Shown: in pieces, positions 1 through 10,065 of the stretch
How the letters are laid out: every line of letters starts with the position of its first letter
Numbering within the stretch: position 1 is the first letter of the stretch
Origin: Bacteroidota bacterium
GTDB lineage: Bacteria; Bacteroidota; Bacteroidia; Bacteroidales; PWNQ01
DNA length: 51,984 bases
Direction of reading: 5' to 3'
Assembly: GCA_051748065.1 (NCBI GenBank)
Contig: JBNJGZ010000001.1
Span: forward strand, 1-51,984
The notes under the pieces: model-generated
The model's input: only the letters and a program-made list of their open reading frames with translations
Database searches by the model: none
What the model was told of the DNA's origin: nothing
Translations under genes and position numbers: made by a program

Positions 1-692
1 GAAACAATACTAATCCGGATGCCGTTTATTTCAGTAAGTTTTAAAAAGCAACTCTCGATCGTGGAGCCGGTTGTTATAACATCATCAACCAAAAGGACAT
101 GCTGATTCTCCAATTTCGAAGATTCCGGGCTAAGTTGAAAAATGGATTTTACGTTTTCCCAACGTTCATATCTTGTTTTTTTAGTTTGTGTTGACGAATG
201 CGTAACACGCAACAAGCTTTGGGTATCTTTCACAGCATCCATGCTTTTTTCCAGGCCTTCGGCTATCTTTTCACTTTGGTTATATCCCCTTAGTTTTTTC
301 TTTTTCCAGTGCAATGGAACAGGGATAATGACATTGACATCATTAAATCGCTGTGATTGCATAAGCTGTTGGCCGAAAAGCCGGCCCAGGTATATTCCAA
401 TATGTCCTTTGCCATGATACTTGAGTTGATGAATTAATTGCTGTACCATTTCACCTTTCTGATAATGTAAAAATGTAGCAGCAGCGAAAATTTGTATGCG
501 TCCCCAGAAAATTGTTTCTACAGGATTATCCGGTTGCAGGTGAAAGTGGGTTTCCGGAAGTTGATATTCACAGAAAGAACAAAGACATTCTTCTCCCTTG
601 CGTAAGGTTTCTCCGCAGTGTTCACAATATACGGGAAAGACCAGCTTGAAAAGGTCTGTAATAGGTTCGGACACACGTGATATTAGGCTCAT
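1..692 (-). CDS. comF: ComF-family phosphoribosyltransferase-like protein; C-terminal end runs off the left window edge
   Basis: Not in the ORF track because it is open at the edge. My minus-strand translation from ATG at 692 reads MSLISRVSEPITDLFKLVFPVYCEHCGETLRKGEECLCSFCEYQLPE (4-Cys finger). Later it reads ENQHVLLVDDVITTGSTIE, a PRPP-binding PRTase loop, in the same frame. No stop codon down to position 1. Confidence 0.75.
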   Translation of the reverse strand, partial: MSLISRVSEPITDLFKLVFPVYCEHCGETLRKGEECLCSFCEYQLPETHFHLQPDNPVETIFWGRIQIFAAATFLHYQKGEMVQQLIHQLKYHGKGHIGIYLGRLFGQQLMQSQRFNDVNVIIPVPLHWKKKKLRGYNQSEKIAEGLEKSMDAVKDTQSLLRVTHSSTQTKKTRYERWENVKSIFQLSPESSKLENQHVLLVDDVITTGSTIESCFLKLTEINGIRISIV

Positions 693-755
693 AAAACTAA
701 TAATTACTTTAAGGAATAATTTGTTATAGAATGCGTTTTCATTCCTAAAAATAAA

Positions 756-763
756 TATTTTTG
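756..763 (+). promoter_or_regulatory. Bacteroidota-type -7 promoter box TATTTTTG
   Basis: Exact match to the TAnnTTTG -7 consensus, 36 nt upstream of ATG 799. Confidence 0.5.
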
Positions 764-798
764 CACAGATAGAGAAATAAATCTTTAATTATTTGACC

Positions 799-1716
799 AT
801 GACAGAACAAAAAAAACCTGACTTTAAGAAAAGAGAGACCACATATCGTGTGATTATCGCTGTATTGATCCTGGCGATCTTTTTTCTGGGCTGGCAACTT
901 TTTCAAACAAAGACGCGCGTGGAGACCGTCATTGTGGAAAAGGAAACAGAAACATCCAAGTTGCAGAGCGAACTTGATGCACTAATGCAACAACATAAAA
1001 AAGTAAAAAGTGAATACAGTGAAGTCTCCGATAAATTAACCCAAAAAGATTCGGTTATCGAAGCAAAAGCTGAAGAAATTGAACGATTGATAGCCCGTCA
1101 GGCAGATTATAACAGGATCAAACGGAAGCTGGAGTATTTACGGAATTCCCATAAACGTTACGTAGAACAGATAGACTCTTTATTTACTGTGAACAGACAA
1201 CTTAAAGAGGAGAATAAAGATATTAAACAGAAGTTTGAGGTTTCCCGTAAAGAAAAAGAAGAAGTGTCAGAGGAAAAACAAGAACTGGAAAAGAAAGTCG
1301 ATATGGGAGCCATGTTAAAAGCCTATAATATCAATGTAGATGCAATTCACATGGGAGGATGGACCGGTGACAAAGAGAAGGTTACAGATAAAGCACGCAG
1401 GCTGGACAAAATTAAAATTTGTTTTACCGTAAGCGAGAATCTTTTGGCTGAACCGGGTGAAAGAACCATCTATATCCGTATTGCCCGACCTGATAATAAG
1501 ATCCTTTACAAAAGAAATGATGATTTCTTTATGTATAATGAAGAAAAAATGCAATACTCCCTTAAGAAAACAATAGATTATCAGAATGAAAAGCAAGATC
1601 ATTGCCTCTATTGGGAGAAAGATGAAAATGTGAAGGAAGTGATGGAAGGAACCTATCATGTTGGAATATTCATTGACGGGCAGGAAGTAGGTCAGTCGAA
1701 CATGAAACTGGACTAA
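799..1716 (+). CDS. Membrane-anchored coiled-coil protein with a C-terminal globular domain, function unknown
   Basis: ORF 793..1716; the first ATG is at 799, and 793 is TTG. It has an N-terminal TM helix (YRVIIAVLILAIFFLGWQLF), then ~150 aa of heptad-like E/K/Q-rich sequence, then a ~130-aa non-repetitive C-terminus. Confidence 0.7.
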   Translation: MTEQKKPDFKKRETTYRVIIAVLILAIFFLGWQLFQTKTRVETVIVEKETETSKLQSELDALMQQHKKVKSEYSEVSDKLTQKDSVIEAKAEEIERLIARQADYNRIKRKLEYLRNSHKRYVEQIDSLFTVNRQLKEENKDIKQKFEVSRKEKEEVSEEKQELEKKVDMGAMLKAYNINVDAIHMGGWTGDKEKVTDKARRLDKIKICFTVSENLLAEPGERTIYIRIARPDNKILYKRNDDFFMYNEEKMQYSLKKTIDYQNEKQDHCLYWEKDENVKEVMEGTYHVGIFIDGQEVGQSNMKLD

Positions 1717-1737
1717 TGTTCTTTAGGATGTCTTAAA

Positions 1738-4700
1738 TTAAAAATAAGCTCTAAGCTGCAATCGCCCGGTGTGAACTGTTTTCGCTCCGGGCAATTTTCT
1801 TCCTTCATATTGAAGATTCATCTGTAAATAGTCAAAAACTTTTCGTTGGTAACTAATGTTCCACTGAAAATTATTACCGTCGTTAAAGCCGTTCAGCATT
1901 TCATAACCCAGATTACTATGTTCTTCTCCCGGGTATTTTATGTTTAAATAATCAATGGTTGCTTGCAGGTCTCCCTTGTCAAGCCTGGCAAGCCGAATGT
2001 TTATGCTGTATTTTTTAATTGTAGCTTTTACTGTTGACAAGAGACGGTTCTCCCTGGTTGTATATTGAAATATTCCTTTAATCCGTATCTTTTGAGAAGG
2101 GCGGAAGCTTAACGTTGGTTCTATTTCATAGAAGTGAATTTCATATTCCTTGTTAGAGAAAAATTCGGATTTCCTTTCTTTAGTTCCTGTGTTTCCCTCT
2201 GTAAGTAAACTAAGAGTAGAGGTAAAATTCCACCGGATATTTATGCTGTTTTCGGTTAAAAATTGTTGTTCCGAACCATTGGATAAAAGATTTTTGGACT
2301 CTGTTTGACGGAAAGACCAGTTAATGCCGAATTTTGCATGATTGCGTTGAAAATATAAAACATTTTTCAGTTGTCTGTTTAATGTGATCACATTATTGTT
2401 ACCTGCGTCAATTAAAAAGGGATTGTATGATTTCCAGTAATTGTCATACTGGTTTTTCTGATTGATACGATAGTTGAAACGATTGTTAAATTTTGCTGCG
2501 ATTTTTTTCCAGTTGTTTTCACTGTTACGCCATATTCGTTGCGGATTAATTTTTAAAGTTTGCCGGAACTGATTAGTATAAACACGAAAGTAGTCATCTG
2601 TAGGAGTAGACACACGGATGTAATTCGCCTTGTTTTGAAATTGGGCAACTTCAAACTCGTCCTTTTCCTTAACGTTGTTGTTATTATAATCTGTCCACTG
2701 ATAAACACCCTGACCGGGATTTACTTCAAGATACGTATAGTCTTTTTCAACTTCCAGCCCCGATCCGGTTTGATAAAACGTTTGGTTTGTAATGGCTCCG
2801 TCAGCAAATATGCCTGAATAATTGAACCTGGCATTTAAATTTTTTTCTGGTTCTTCAGGACTTATGGTATCCTGAACGGATAGTTGCCTGTATCCCATTC
2901 GCATGTTGAGCTTATGATTTTTGTTCGGTTTCCAGAGCAGGTCTAACGAAGCCTCATCAGAAATTGACGTATTTTTCAAGCTTCCTCCCAAAGGTAGTTT
3001 GTCTTGTCGTGTCTCGTAACGGATCACAGATTGAAATTTATTCGTGTCAGACAAGGCCACTTCTGCCCCGAATGTTTGGTAAGCATAGCTTCTCGAGGTT
3101 ATGCTGTCCCGCATTAATTTAAAAGTATTGTGTTCCCGGTCTTCATCAAGGGTAATGGTTATATTGGAAAATTCTTTTCCGGCTTTGACTTTATGACGCA
3201 GAAAACGGGATTTTAAACCGGAATTTGAACTTTGTAACAGGCTGCCATCAAAAGTTAAGAAATATCCATTGTTTTGTATGTCGCCATTCAGAGAATAGCG
3301 CTGCCCTTCAAAGCTGTTTTTTCGTTGAAGGTATTCATGTCTGATTTGAATTTTTCCTGTCTCTTTTTTCGATAAAGCTGTTGACACTTTGCTGTGAATT
3401 TCATTGTTTTTTTGTTCACCCTCCAGATTCCAGTTGCGGTCAAATTCTACATTGCGAAATCTGTTGACACCCTGGAAATTTTGATTTATAAACCGGACTG
3501 AGCCCTGGGTTTTCCAATTTACAGAGGATGTATCATTTGAGATGTTGGGGTTTGTGGAGTGTTCAATCCACATTTCCCCGGCAAATCCTTTATTGTCTTC
3601 CTGGTCCAGCTCTGAAAATAAATTTAAATCTTCATTTGAAGCACTAGCCGTAAAACCGGTTTTGAGATTTTTACTTACAGAATAAGTTGCCGAAAGTGAG
3701 GAAACTTCTTTTTTCCGGGGAGCGATAAGAATTTCTATGGGAGCATAATTTCCTTGCGGGATGCCGTTGACGGGTTTTACCCATTCATACACATTCCCAT
3801 TGGCAGCCGTTTGGGCTTTTACATAATTTCCGTTGTTTTGCCCTACTTTTGTGAATTTAGCACGGTAATGGGCGCTGTCGGGGTCTACGGAATAAACAAG
3901 AACCGAATCATATCCCAGGCTGTCTGTCATTCTGTAAAGAATTTCATCCGGAGAAAAAGCAACAGAATCGATACCGGACATGCGTGCAGCCAAAGGATTA
4001 TCACCTGCATTGGCCAAAATGCTTTTGCTGGTATCATTAAGCTCCATGCCAAAAGGTTGGTTTTTCAAATCACTATTGTTAAAGTAATCGAAATCAACTT
4101 CCAGCTTTTCAGATTTATAGGTTGCTTTTGTGGCAAATACTGCGCGGGCATAATTCCGGTCTGCATATTCAAATTCGACAATAATACGACTGTCTTTGGT
4201 AATAATATTTTCAGGGGTAAAAGTTACTTCTGCTGTATTATAGTTGATAACATAATCCCGGTTTTCTCCTCTTTCAAGTTTTTTTCCATCCAGAAAAACC
4301 GATTCCGAGCCGGCCAGAACAATGATAAAACGTTCATTATTGTTGCCTCTTAACTTATAAGGCCCCTGATTTCCTTCAAGGCCTTTGATTTTATTCCGGG
4401 CATATTTCCCTTTTGATAAAGCCGCTCCGGCTGAAACCGAGAGTGTTTTTTCCTTTTTTTCTCCCATACGGAATTCTGTTTCAGCTTTCAAACCTTGTAC
4501 TTTTTGCCTGTATTTCAGAAACCGGTTTTTATTTTGAGTTAGTTCAAAATCTCCGACAGTCAGTTTGTTGTTTCTTTGCCGAAGCTCAATAAACACATTA
4601 TCAAATTCCTGGATCTGTTTTGTGTTGCCTTCAGGCTGTACAGGTATGTTATTATCAGTGATGGCGGCACGTATGCTAATATCATTTGTAAGGGCTCCAT

Positions 4701-5205
4701 TCATCTGCAGGTTCAGATTTGAATTCAAAGATGCACCTTGTTGATTGCCAACAGAAAAGCTTCGTGATATAGCTCCGGATTTTTGTATCTCACCAAAATC
4801 GAAAAGTTCGTTTTGGAGCTCTTTTTTCTGATTCTTGTCAGTTGTTACGACGCGTTCTGTTTCTTGTCGGCTGTATATAGAGTTCCAGCGTTTGTTAAAA
4901 TTATACGGAAAAACCTTGTAGCTAATGTCTATGTGAACAGTATCCTTATCCTGAAAAAACTCATCAGAGTTTGTTACGATAAACAAACTATTCAATGTGT
5001 CAATTACAAAATGCTCATAGTGTGGTTTGTCTATGTCAATTTCAATGGATTCGGGGACAATGCTCATACTGTCAATGCGAACAGTATCGCTGGTGACGAT
5101 TAGCGTTTTTTGGCGCTCATTGGAGAGTTGCTGTGCAGATAAGGATCCCATGCTTATCAAAATAATAAGCAATAAAATGATATGTGATAGTTTAATCCTC
5201 ATCAT
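1738..5205 (-). CDS. Large (~1155 aa) secreted outer-membrane beta-barrel-like protein, uncharacterised
   Basis: ORF 1738..5256. The likely start is MMRIKLSHIILLLIILISMGSLSAQQ (signal peptide) at 5205 or 5202. The sequence is N/S/T/Y/F-rich with alternating beta-strand character and ends in ...RLQLRAYF, the C-terminal aromatic residue typical of OMPs. Confidence 0.75.
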   Translation of the reverse strand: MMRIKLSHIILLLIILISMGSLSAQQLSNERQKTLIVTSDTVRIDSMSIVPESIEIDIDKPHYEHFVIDTLNSLFIVTNSDEFFQDKDTVHIDISYKVFPYNFNKRWNSIYSRQETERVVTTDKNQKKELQNELFDFGEIQKSGAISRSFSVGNQQGASLNSNLNLQMNGALTNDISIRAAITDNNIPVQPEGNTKQIQEFDNVFIELRQRNNKLTVGDFELTQNKNRFLKYRQKVQGLKAETEFRMGEKKEKTLSVSAGAALSKGKYARNKIKGLEGNQGPYKLRGNNNERFIIVLAGSESVFLDGKKLERGENRDYVINYNTAEVTFTPENIITKDSRIIVEFEYADRNYARAVFATKATYKSEKLEVDFDYFNNSDLKNQPFGMELNDTSKSILANAGDNPLAARMSGIDSVAFSPDEILYRMTDSLGYDSVLVYSVDPDSAHYRAKFTKVGQNNGNYVKAQTAANGNVYEWVKPVNGIPQGNYAPIEILIAPRKKEVSSLSATYSVSKNLKTGFTASASNEDLNLFSELDQEDNKGFAGEMWIEHSTNPNISNDTSSVNWKTQGSVRFINQNFQGVNRFRNVEFDRNWNLEGEQKNNEIHSKVSTALSKKETGKIQIRHEYLQRKNSFEGQRYSLNGDIQNNGYFLTFDGSLLQSSNSGLKSRFLRHKVKAGKEFSNITITLDEDREHNTFKLMRDSITSRSYAYQTFGAEVALSDTNKFQSVIRYETRQDKLPLGGSLKNTSISDEASLDLLWKPNKNHKLNMRMGYRQLSVQDTISPEEPEKNLNARFNYSGIFADGAITNQTFYQTGSGLEVEKDYTYLEVNPGQGVYQWTDYNNNNVKEKDEFEVAQFQNKANYIRVSTPTDDYFRVYTNQFRQTLKINPQRIWRNSENNWKKIAAKFNNRFNYRINQKNQYDNYWKSYNPFLIDAGNNNVITLNRQLKNVLYFQRNHAKFGINWSFRQTESKNLLSNGSEQQFLTENSINIRWNFTSTLSLLTEGNTGTKERKSEFFSNKEYEIHFYEIEPTLSFRPSQKIRIKGIFQYTTRENRLLSTVKATIKKYSINIRLARLDKGDLQATIDYLNIKYPGEEHSNLGYEMLNGFNDGNNFQWNISYQRKVFDYLQMNLQYEGRKLPGAKTVHTGRLQLRAYF

Positions 5206-5561
5206 AAGTTCTGTGAGCATAAAGATAATATGGATATGAATGCAATTATTAAACATTTGATAAAACGAAAGATTATTGCAGCTATCTCCATATTATTGCC
5301 GGATTTAGCAAAAGTTAATCATTTAAGTTAGGTGAATACAAATGTCTGAAAAATATTAATAACGCAGCTTCGCATTAAAGGCAACTAAAGAAAATGAATT
5401 TTCCCTAATATTGCAGTTGAAATCGTTCGGTTGAAACAGCCTGAAAGATAAAAGCCGGCAAGGCCGTATGATAATAAAAAATATACGTATTGCAATCGTA
5501 GTCAATGGTTTAGTTTGCAAAGTTTAAAACAAATCACACTTTCACAAAAAAAAATATCGAC

Positions 5562-6473
5562 ATGGCATTTATTACAAAAGAAAAATTGTTTTCACGTGAA
5601 TGGTTCCGTGCATACAGTCTTATTACACTCGGAACACTGATTTTAGCATCGGGGTTTGTGTTTTTTATTTCGCCTTACAAGCTGGCTCCCGGTGGAACTT
5701 ATGGTGTGGCTATTATCCTCCACCATCTGCTGGGGACTCCGATTGGTCTCACAGCACTGGCTATTGATATTCCTTTAGCGATTATCGGATACAAAATTTT
5801 GGGGCCGCGTTTTGGAGTGAAAACCGTTGTTGGATTTTTGCTCACGGCATTTTGGGTGGACTTTTTGAACTATTTCTGGGAAGGCAAACAATTGGTTGAA
5901 AACGAAGGTTTGTTAACAGCTATTTTTGGCGGAGTGTTACTGGGAGCTGGTTTGGGGTTGATCTTCAAATCCAAGGCTACTTCCGGTGGATCCGATATTA
6001 TTGCCATGGTTTTGAACCGCTATACCGGACAATCTTTAGGCCATTTGTTGATTTACATTGATTCAGCTATTGTTTTAGGTGGTTTACTGGCTTTTCAGGA
6101 CTGGAAAATCCCATTGTTTTCATGGATAACGATTTTTGTCACCGGTAAGGTAATTGATATCATTCTTGAAGGGGTTAGTTATGAAAAAACATTGTTTATC
6201 GTTTCGGATCATGCCAATGAAATTCGCGATAAAATCATCAACGATTTACAACGGGGTGGCACCTTTATCCGTGGTGAAGGAATGTATCAGGGAAAAGATA
6301 AAACTATCATATTCACCGTTGTAAACCGTCGTGAGCTAACGATTTTACAGGATTATATTTACCAAATTGACAGCAATGCATTTTTAACTGTTATCAATGC
6401 AAATGAAATCTTAGGTGGCGGATTTAAACCGCTTAGTAAGAAAATTGAAGAAACCACTGAATTCAAAGGCTAA
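5562..6473 (+). CDS. yitT: YitT-family membrane protein (DUF161 repeats plus C-terminal DUF2179)
   Basis: Multi-TM N-terminal part followed by a soluble C-terminal domain ending ...FLTVINANEILGGGF, as in YitT-family proteins. Confidence 0.8.
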   Translation: MAFITKEKLFSREWFRAYSLITLGTLILASGFVFFISPYKLAPGGTYGVAIILHHLLGTPIGLTALAIDIPLAIIGYKILGPRFGVKTVVGFLLTAFWVDFLNYFWEGKQLVENEGLLTAIFGGVLLGAGLGLIFKSKATSGGSDIIAMVLNRYTGQSLGHLLIYIDSAIVLGGLLAFQDWKIPLFSWITIFVTGKVIDIILEGVSYEKTLFIVSDHANEIRDKIINDLQRGGTFIRGEGMYQGKDKTIIFTVVNRRELTILQDYIYQIDSNAFLTVINANEILGGGFKPLSKKIEETTEFKG

Positions 6474-6492
6474 GATGCTCTTTAATCAGTCT

Positions 6493-7833
6493 TTAAGTGC
6501 AACCGCGCAATACATCCATACCGTTGGCATAAAGAAGCAGGGTTAGCAGCAGTGCCATTCCGATTAACTGGGCATACTCCATAAATTTTTCATTGGGTTT
6601 GCGTCCGGCAATAATTTCATAAAGCAGAAACATCACATGTCCACCGTCTAAAGCGGGTATGGGCAGTATATTCATAAATGCCAGGATCAGGGACAGAAAG
6701 GCTGTTAGTTCCCAGAAGGACTGCCAGTCCCAGGAAGCAGGGAATAAACTCATGATCGTGCCAAAGCCGCCAAGACCTTTATAAGCTCCGGTTTTGGGCT
6801 GTAGAATAAGTTTAAACTGCTGTACGTAGGAAGAGAGCGTAGACCAGGCTTTGTTAAATCCCGCCGGTATAGCTTCAAAAGGACCATAACTTTTTACGCT
6901 GTACTCATAAATCCCTAATTTGTATAGATCTTCCGGAGGTAAAATAGCTGCCTGAACTTCCATCTGCCCATTTTCTGTTATATAGACATCCACGTTGTGC
7001 GTCGATTCATCTCTTTCCACCAGAATATTGATACTGTCACCGCTGTGTTGCTTTAGCTGTTCAGCCGCCTGGTCATAGTATTTTATTTCTTCCCCATTGA
7101 TAGCAAGTATCTTGTCTTTGGGTTTTAATCCGGAATTACTATTAACAGATGAATCAGGAACTGCTTGTATAAAAAACGGTATCCGCGGGTATAAAACCAT
7201 CATGGATTCATTTTCAACCAACTGACCGGCAAAATTTTCCGGTAGGTTGATCTCTTTTATTTTGCCGTCGCGTTCAATTGTAACTGTTCCTCCATTGAGT
7301 AACTCAGGCATAATATCCGAATATTTCTTAACGGGTTCATTATCAACTGTAAGAACTTTGTCGCCGTTTTGCATGCCCATATCCATCATCAGAGAGTCTG
7401 TAACCCATAACCCATCTTTGATGTTTTCATTTGGCAGGTATTTTTCGCCCCAGGTAAACAGTACAGCCGAATATATTAAAAAACCCAAAATAAGATTGAC
7501 AGTAACACCGCCTAACATAATAAGCAGTCGTTGCCATGCCGGTTTAGCCCGGAATTCATAAGGTTTAGGCGGGCTTTTCATGGCTTCTTTGTCCATGGAT
7601 TCATCAATCATGCCTGATATTTTCACGTATCCGCCTAATGGCAACCAACCTATGCCATATTCTGTGTCGCCTTTTTTTATCTTAAATAACGAAAACCAGG
7701 GGTCAAAGAAAAGGTAAAATTTTTCAACACGTGTTTTAAATAAGCGTGCGAATAGAAAGTGTCCGCCCTCGTGAAGGATAATGAGGATAGACAAACTCAA
7801 TAATAATTGTAATATCTTTATAACTACGTCCAT
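6493..7833 (-). CDS. rseP: RIP site-2 zinc metalloprotease RseP
   Basis: HEGGHF (HExxH) in the first TM segment, a central PDZ-like region, a C-terminal LDGG motif (ALDGGHVMF), and the conserved position next to dxr. Confidence 0.93.
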   Translation of the reverse strand: MDVVIKILQLLLSLSILIILHEGGHFLFARLFKTRVEKFYLFFDPWFSLFKIKKGDTEYGIGWLPLGGYVKISGMIDESMDKEAMKSPPKPYEFRAKPAWQRLLIMLGGVTVNLILGFLIYSAVLFTWGEKYLPNENIKDGLWVTDSLMMDMGMQNGDKVLTVDNEPVKKYSDIMPELLNGGTVTIERDGKIKEINLPENFAGQLVENESMMVLYPRIPFFIQAVPDSSVNSNSGLKPKDKILAINGEEIKYYDQAAEQLKQHSGDSINILVERDESTHNVDVYITENGQMEVQAAILPPEDLYKLGIYEYSVKSYGPFEAIPAGFNKAWSTLSSYVQQFKLILQPKTGAYKGLGGFGTIMSLFPASWDWQSFWELTAFLSLILAFMNILPIPALDGGHVMFLLYEIIAGRKPNEKFMEYAQLIGMALLLTLLLYANGMDVLRGCT

Positions 7834-7845
7834 TCTTATCTGCTT

Positions 7846-9012
7846 TTATCGTTTGGATATTGATTTTATTTGGTCTTTTGTTTTGGCCCTGGTCTCAGTA
7901 TCCGTAAGTATTAAATTATCTAATGATGGATGATTAATAAAAGTAATCTTGTTCATTGTTGTTTCAATGATATCGCTCATTTGTAAAAAACCGATCTGTT
8001 CTTTCAAAAACGCTGCAACAGCAATTTCATTGGCTGCATTCAGGATGCATGGCATATTTCCTGCTTTATTCAAAGCATAATAGGCCAGGTCGAGGTTACG
8101 AAAAATATCTTTCCGTGGTTTGCTGAATGTAAGATTCGAAAAATCATCAAAGCTAAACTTCTTAAAGTTGTTTTTTACTCTTTTCGGGAAAGTAAGGGCA
8201 TATTGAATAGGCCCTTTCATGTCCGGCAGGCCCATTTGTGCTTTAATTGATCCGTCCTCAAATTCTACCATTGAGTGAATAATAGATTGTGGATGAACCA
8301 CGACATCTATTTGTTCAGGTTTTAAATCGAACAACCATTTAGCTTCAATAACTTCCAGTCCTTTATTCATTAATGAAGCGGAGTCAACCGTAATTTTATT
8401 CCCCATATTCCAATTGGGATGATTTAAAGCATCTTCTTTTGTAACAGTTTCCACCTGGCTGGCTGATAATTCCCTAAAAGGTCCGCCACTGGCCGTAAGA
8501 TAAATTTTCTCTATCGGGTTACTATGTTCTCCGGCCAGGCATTGAAAGATGGCAGAGTGTTCCGAGTCAACAGGCAAGATAGTAGCATTTTTTTGTTTAG
8601 CTTTCTGGATAACCAGTTCTCCGGCAACAGCAAATGTTTCTTTATTTGCCATGGCGAGGGTTTTCCCTGACTCAATAGCGTTTAATGTGGGTTTTAGCGC
8701 TGCAAATCCGACCAAAGCATTTAAAACCAAATCCGAATTGCCCATCTCGGCCACTTGTGCAAGGGACTCTTCGCCGGCAAAAACTTTTATATCTAAAGGG
8801 TTTAATGCTTCATGTACTTTTGAGTACAAGTTTTTATTGCCAATGATAACCGTATCAGGCTTGTATTTTAGCGCTTGTTTAATAAGTAAATCGGCATTCT
8901 TTTGCGCACTTAACACTTCAACTGAAAATAATTCTTCATGCTGTTGGATAACTTTCAATGCCTGGGTTCCAATGGAGCCTGTGCTACCTAATATAGCAAT
9001 TCTTTTCTTCAT
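7846..9012 (-). CDS. dxr: 1-deoxy-D-xylulose-5-phosphate reductoisomerase
   Basis: N-terminal KRIAILGSTGSIGTQAL NADPH-binding motif, plus LPVDSEHSAIFQCL and NKGLEVIEA motifs. Confidence 0.96.
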   Translation of the reverse strand: MKKRIAILGSTGSIGTQALKVIQQHEELFSVEVLSAQKNADLLIKQALKYKPDTVIIGNKNLYSKVHEALNPLDIKVFAGEESLAQVAEMGNSDLVLNALVGFAALKPTLNAIESGKTLAMANKETFAVAGELVIQKAKQKNATILPVDSEHSAIFQCLAGEHSNPIEKIYLTASGGPFRELSASQVETVTKEDALNHPNWNMGNKITVDSASLMNKGLEVIEAKWLFDLKPEQIDVVVHPQSIIHSMVEFEDGSIKAQMGLPDMKGPIQYALTFPKRVKNNFKKFSFDDFSNLTFSKPRKDIFRNLDLAYYALNKAGNMPCILNAANEIAVAAFLKEQIGFLQMSDIIETTMNKITFINHPSLDNLILTDTETRAKTKDQIKSISKR

Positions 9013-9106
9013 ATTCTATCTAAAAGTTTCTGTTATATAGCAGCTTAAGATAAACCGTATATGAAGTGATATGGTTGGGGATTTTCATCATTGATAAAAA
9101 TTGGGT

Positions 9107-10006
9107 TTATTGAAAACTCATATATTCTTTTGGATTCACCGGGCTGCCGTTATGCCAGATTTCAAAATGCAAATGTGGACCGGTTGTTAATTCACCTGTA
9201 TTTCCATAAATAGCAATGGGTTCACCCGCTTTCACAGTTTCTCCCTGTTTTTTTAACAAGGATGCATTATGTTTATAAACTGACAGGACATTATTTTTAT
9301 GCATTAATGCAATGATATATCCGGTTCGTAATGTCCAGTTGGCAATAATGACGCGGCCATCCAAAGTAGCTTTTACAGCGTCATTCTCTTTGGCCACGAT
9401 ATCAATACCATAATGCTCATCCTGACGGTTAAATCCATTGGTAACTCTTCCGGTTAGTGGTGGAAAAAAGAAAAAATTTCTTATTGAGGTTTTGTTATTA
9501 TAAGTTTTGTTTTGATATTCATTATCAAAGTAAACCAGATTGTATTTGTCAAGTCGTTGTATTTCTTCACGTAATATGGAATCTTCCGGGCTTTTTTTGA
9601 ACTGTATATTATCATATTGTTTATTCGTATCTCTTTTTGATAATACGGTGTCTACCAAGGCATCTGTATTGCCATGTAAAATATTTTTTAGATTTTCCAG
9701 ATATACTTCCCTGGAATTAATGACACGTGTTAGCGAATCGGTTTTTTTTACCTGTTCATATAGGTCTTCTTGTAATTGAACGTTACTGTATCCCGGTATA
9801 TATTGCTTTAAAGGCGTATAAGCAATAAGATAAATTGTGGCAGCAATAAGCACAATGGATAATAAAGAAACAACAACAAAAACATTAAGCCGGGAAAGCC
9901 TGAAAGATAGCTTTTCTTCAAAAGTATCTTCCTGCATAATGACTAACCGGTATTTATGCCAGAATTTTTTAAGCCAGTGTTTCTTGTTGTTTTCTTCGTT
10001 TTGCAT
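9107..10006 (-). CDS. M23-family peptidoglycan metalloendopeptidase with an N-terminal membrane anchor
   Basis: HYGIDI ... GNTGELTTGPHLHFEIW (HxxxD / HxH LytM-type motifs) and a TM helix near the N-terminus. Confidence 0.9.
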   Translation of the reverse strand: MQNEENNKKHWLKKFWHKYRLVIMQEDTFEEKLSFRLSRLNVFVVVSLLSIVLIAATIYLIAYTPLKQYIPGYSNVQLQEDLYEQVKKTDSLTRVINSREVYLENLKNILHGNTDALVDTVLSKRDTNKQYDNIQFKKSPEDSILREEIQRLDKYNLVYFDNEYQNKTYNNKTSIRNFFFFPPLTGRVTNGFNRQDEHYGIDIVAKENDAVKATLDGRVIIANWTLRTGYIIALMHKNNVLSVYKHNASLLKKQGETVKAGEPIAIYGNTGELTTGPHLHFEIWHNGSPVNPKEYMSFQ

Positions 10007-10053
10007 TGAAATGTTGATTAATTTTGACTTAATTAACGCACAAAAAGTGTTAA

Positions 10054-10065
10054 TTAGTGTCTGTC
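10054..10065 (+). repeat. Solo copy of the terminal repeat (TTAGTGTCTGTC) of the MITE-like element at 37556-37716
   Basis: Exact 12-mer identity to 37560-37571. The next ~10 nt (TGTTAAGTCAC) loosely resemble the element-internal ATAATGTCCGA. No matching right end was found nearby. Confidence 0.4.

Noticed and set aside
3754-4353. Long antisense ORFs: 199 aa here; also 49737-50384 (215 aa), 8549-9040, 40971-41402, 14788-15225, 17422-17838 and 45876-46283
   Set aside because: All lie fully inside well-supported genes on the opposite strand, several of them highly conserved housekeeping genes. Their translations are low-complexity or Cys/Phe/Ile-rich with no recognisable motifs. They are the expected by-product of codon bias in the antisense frame.
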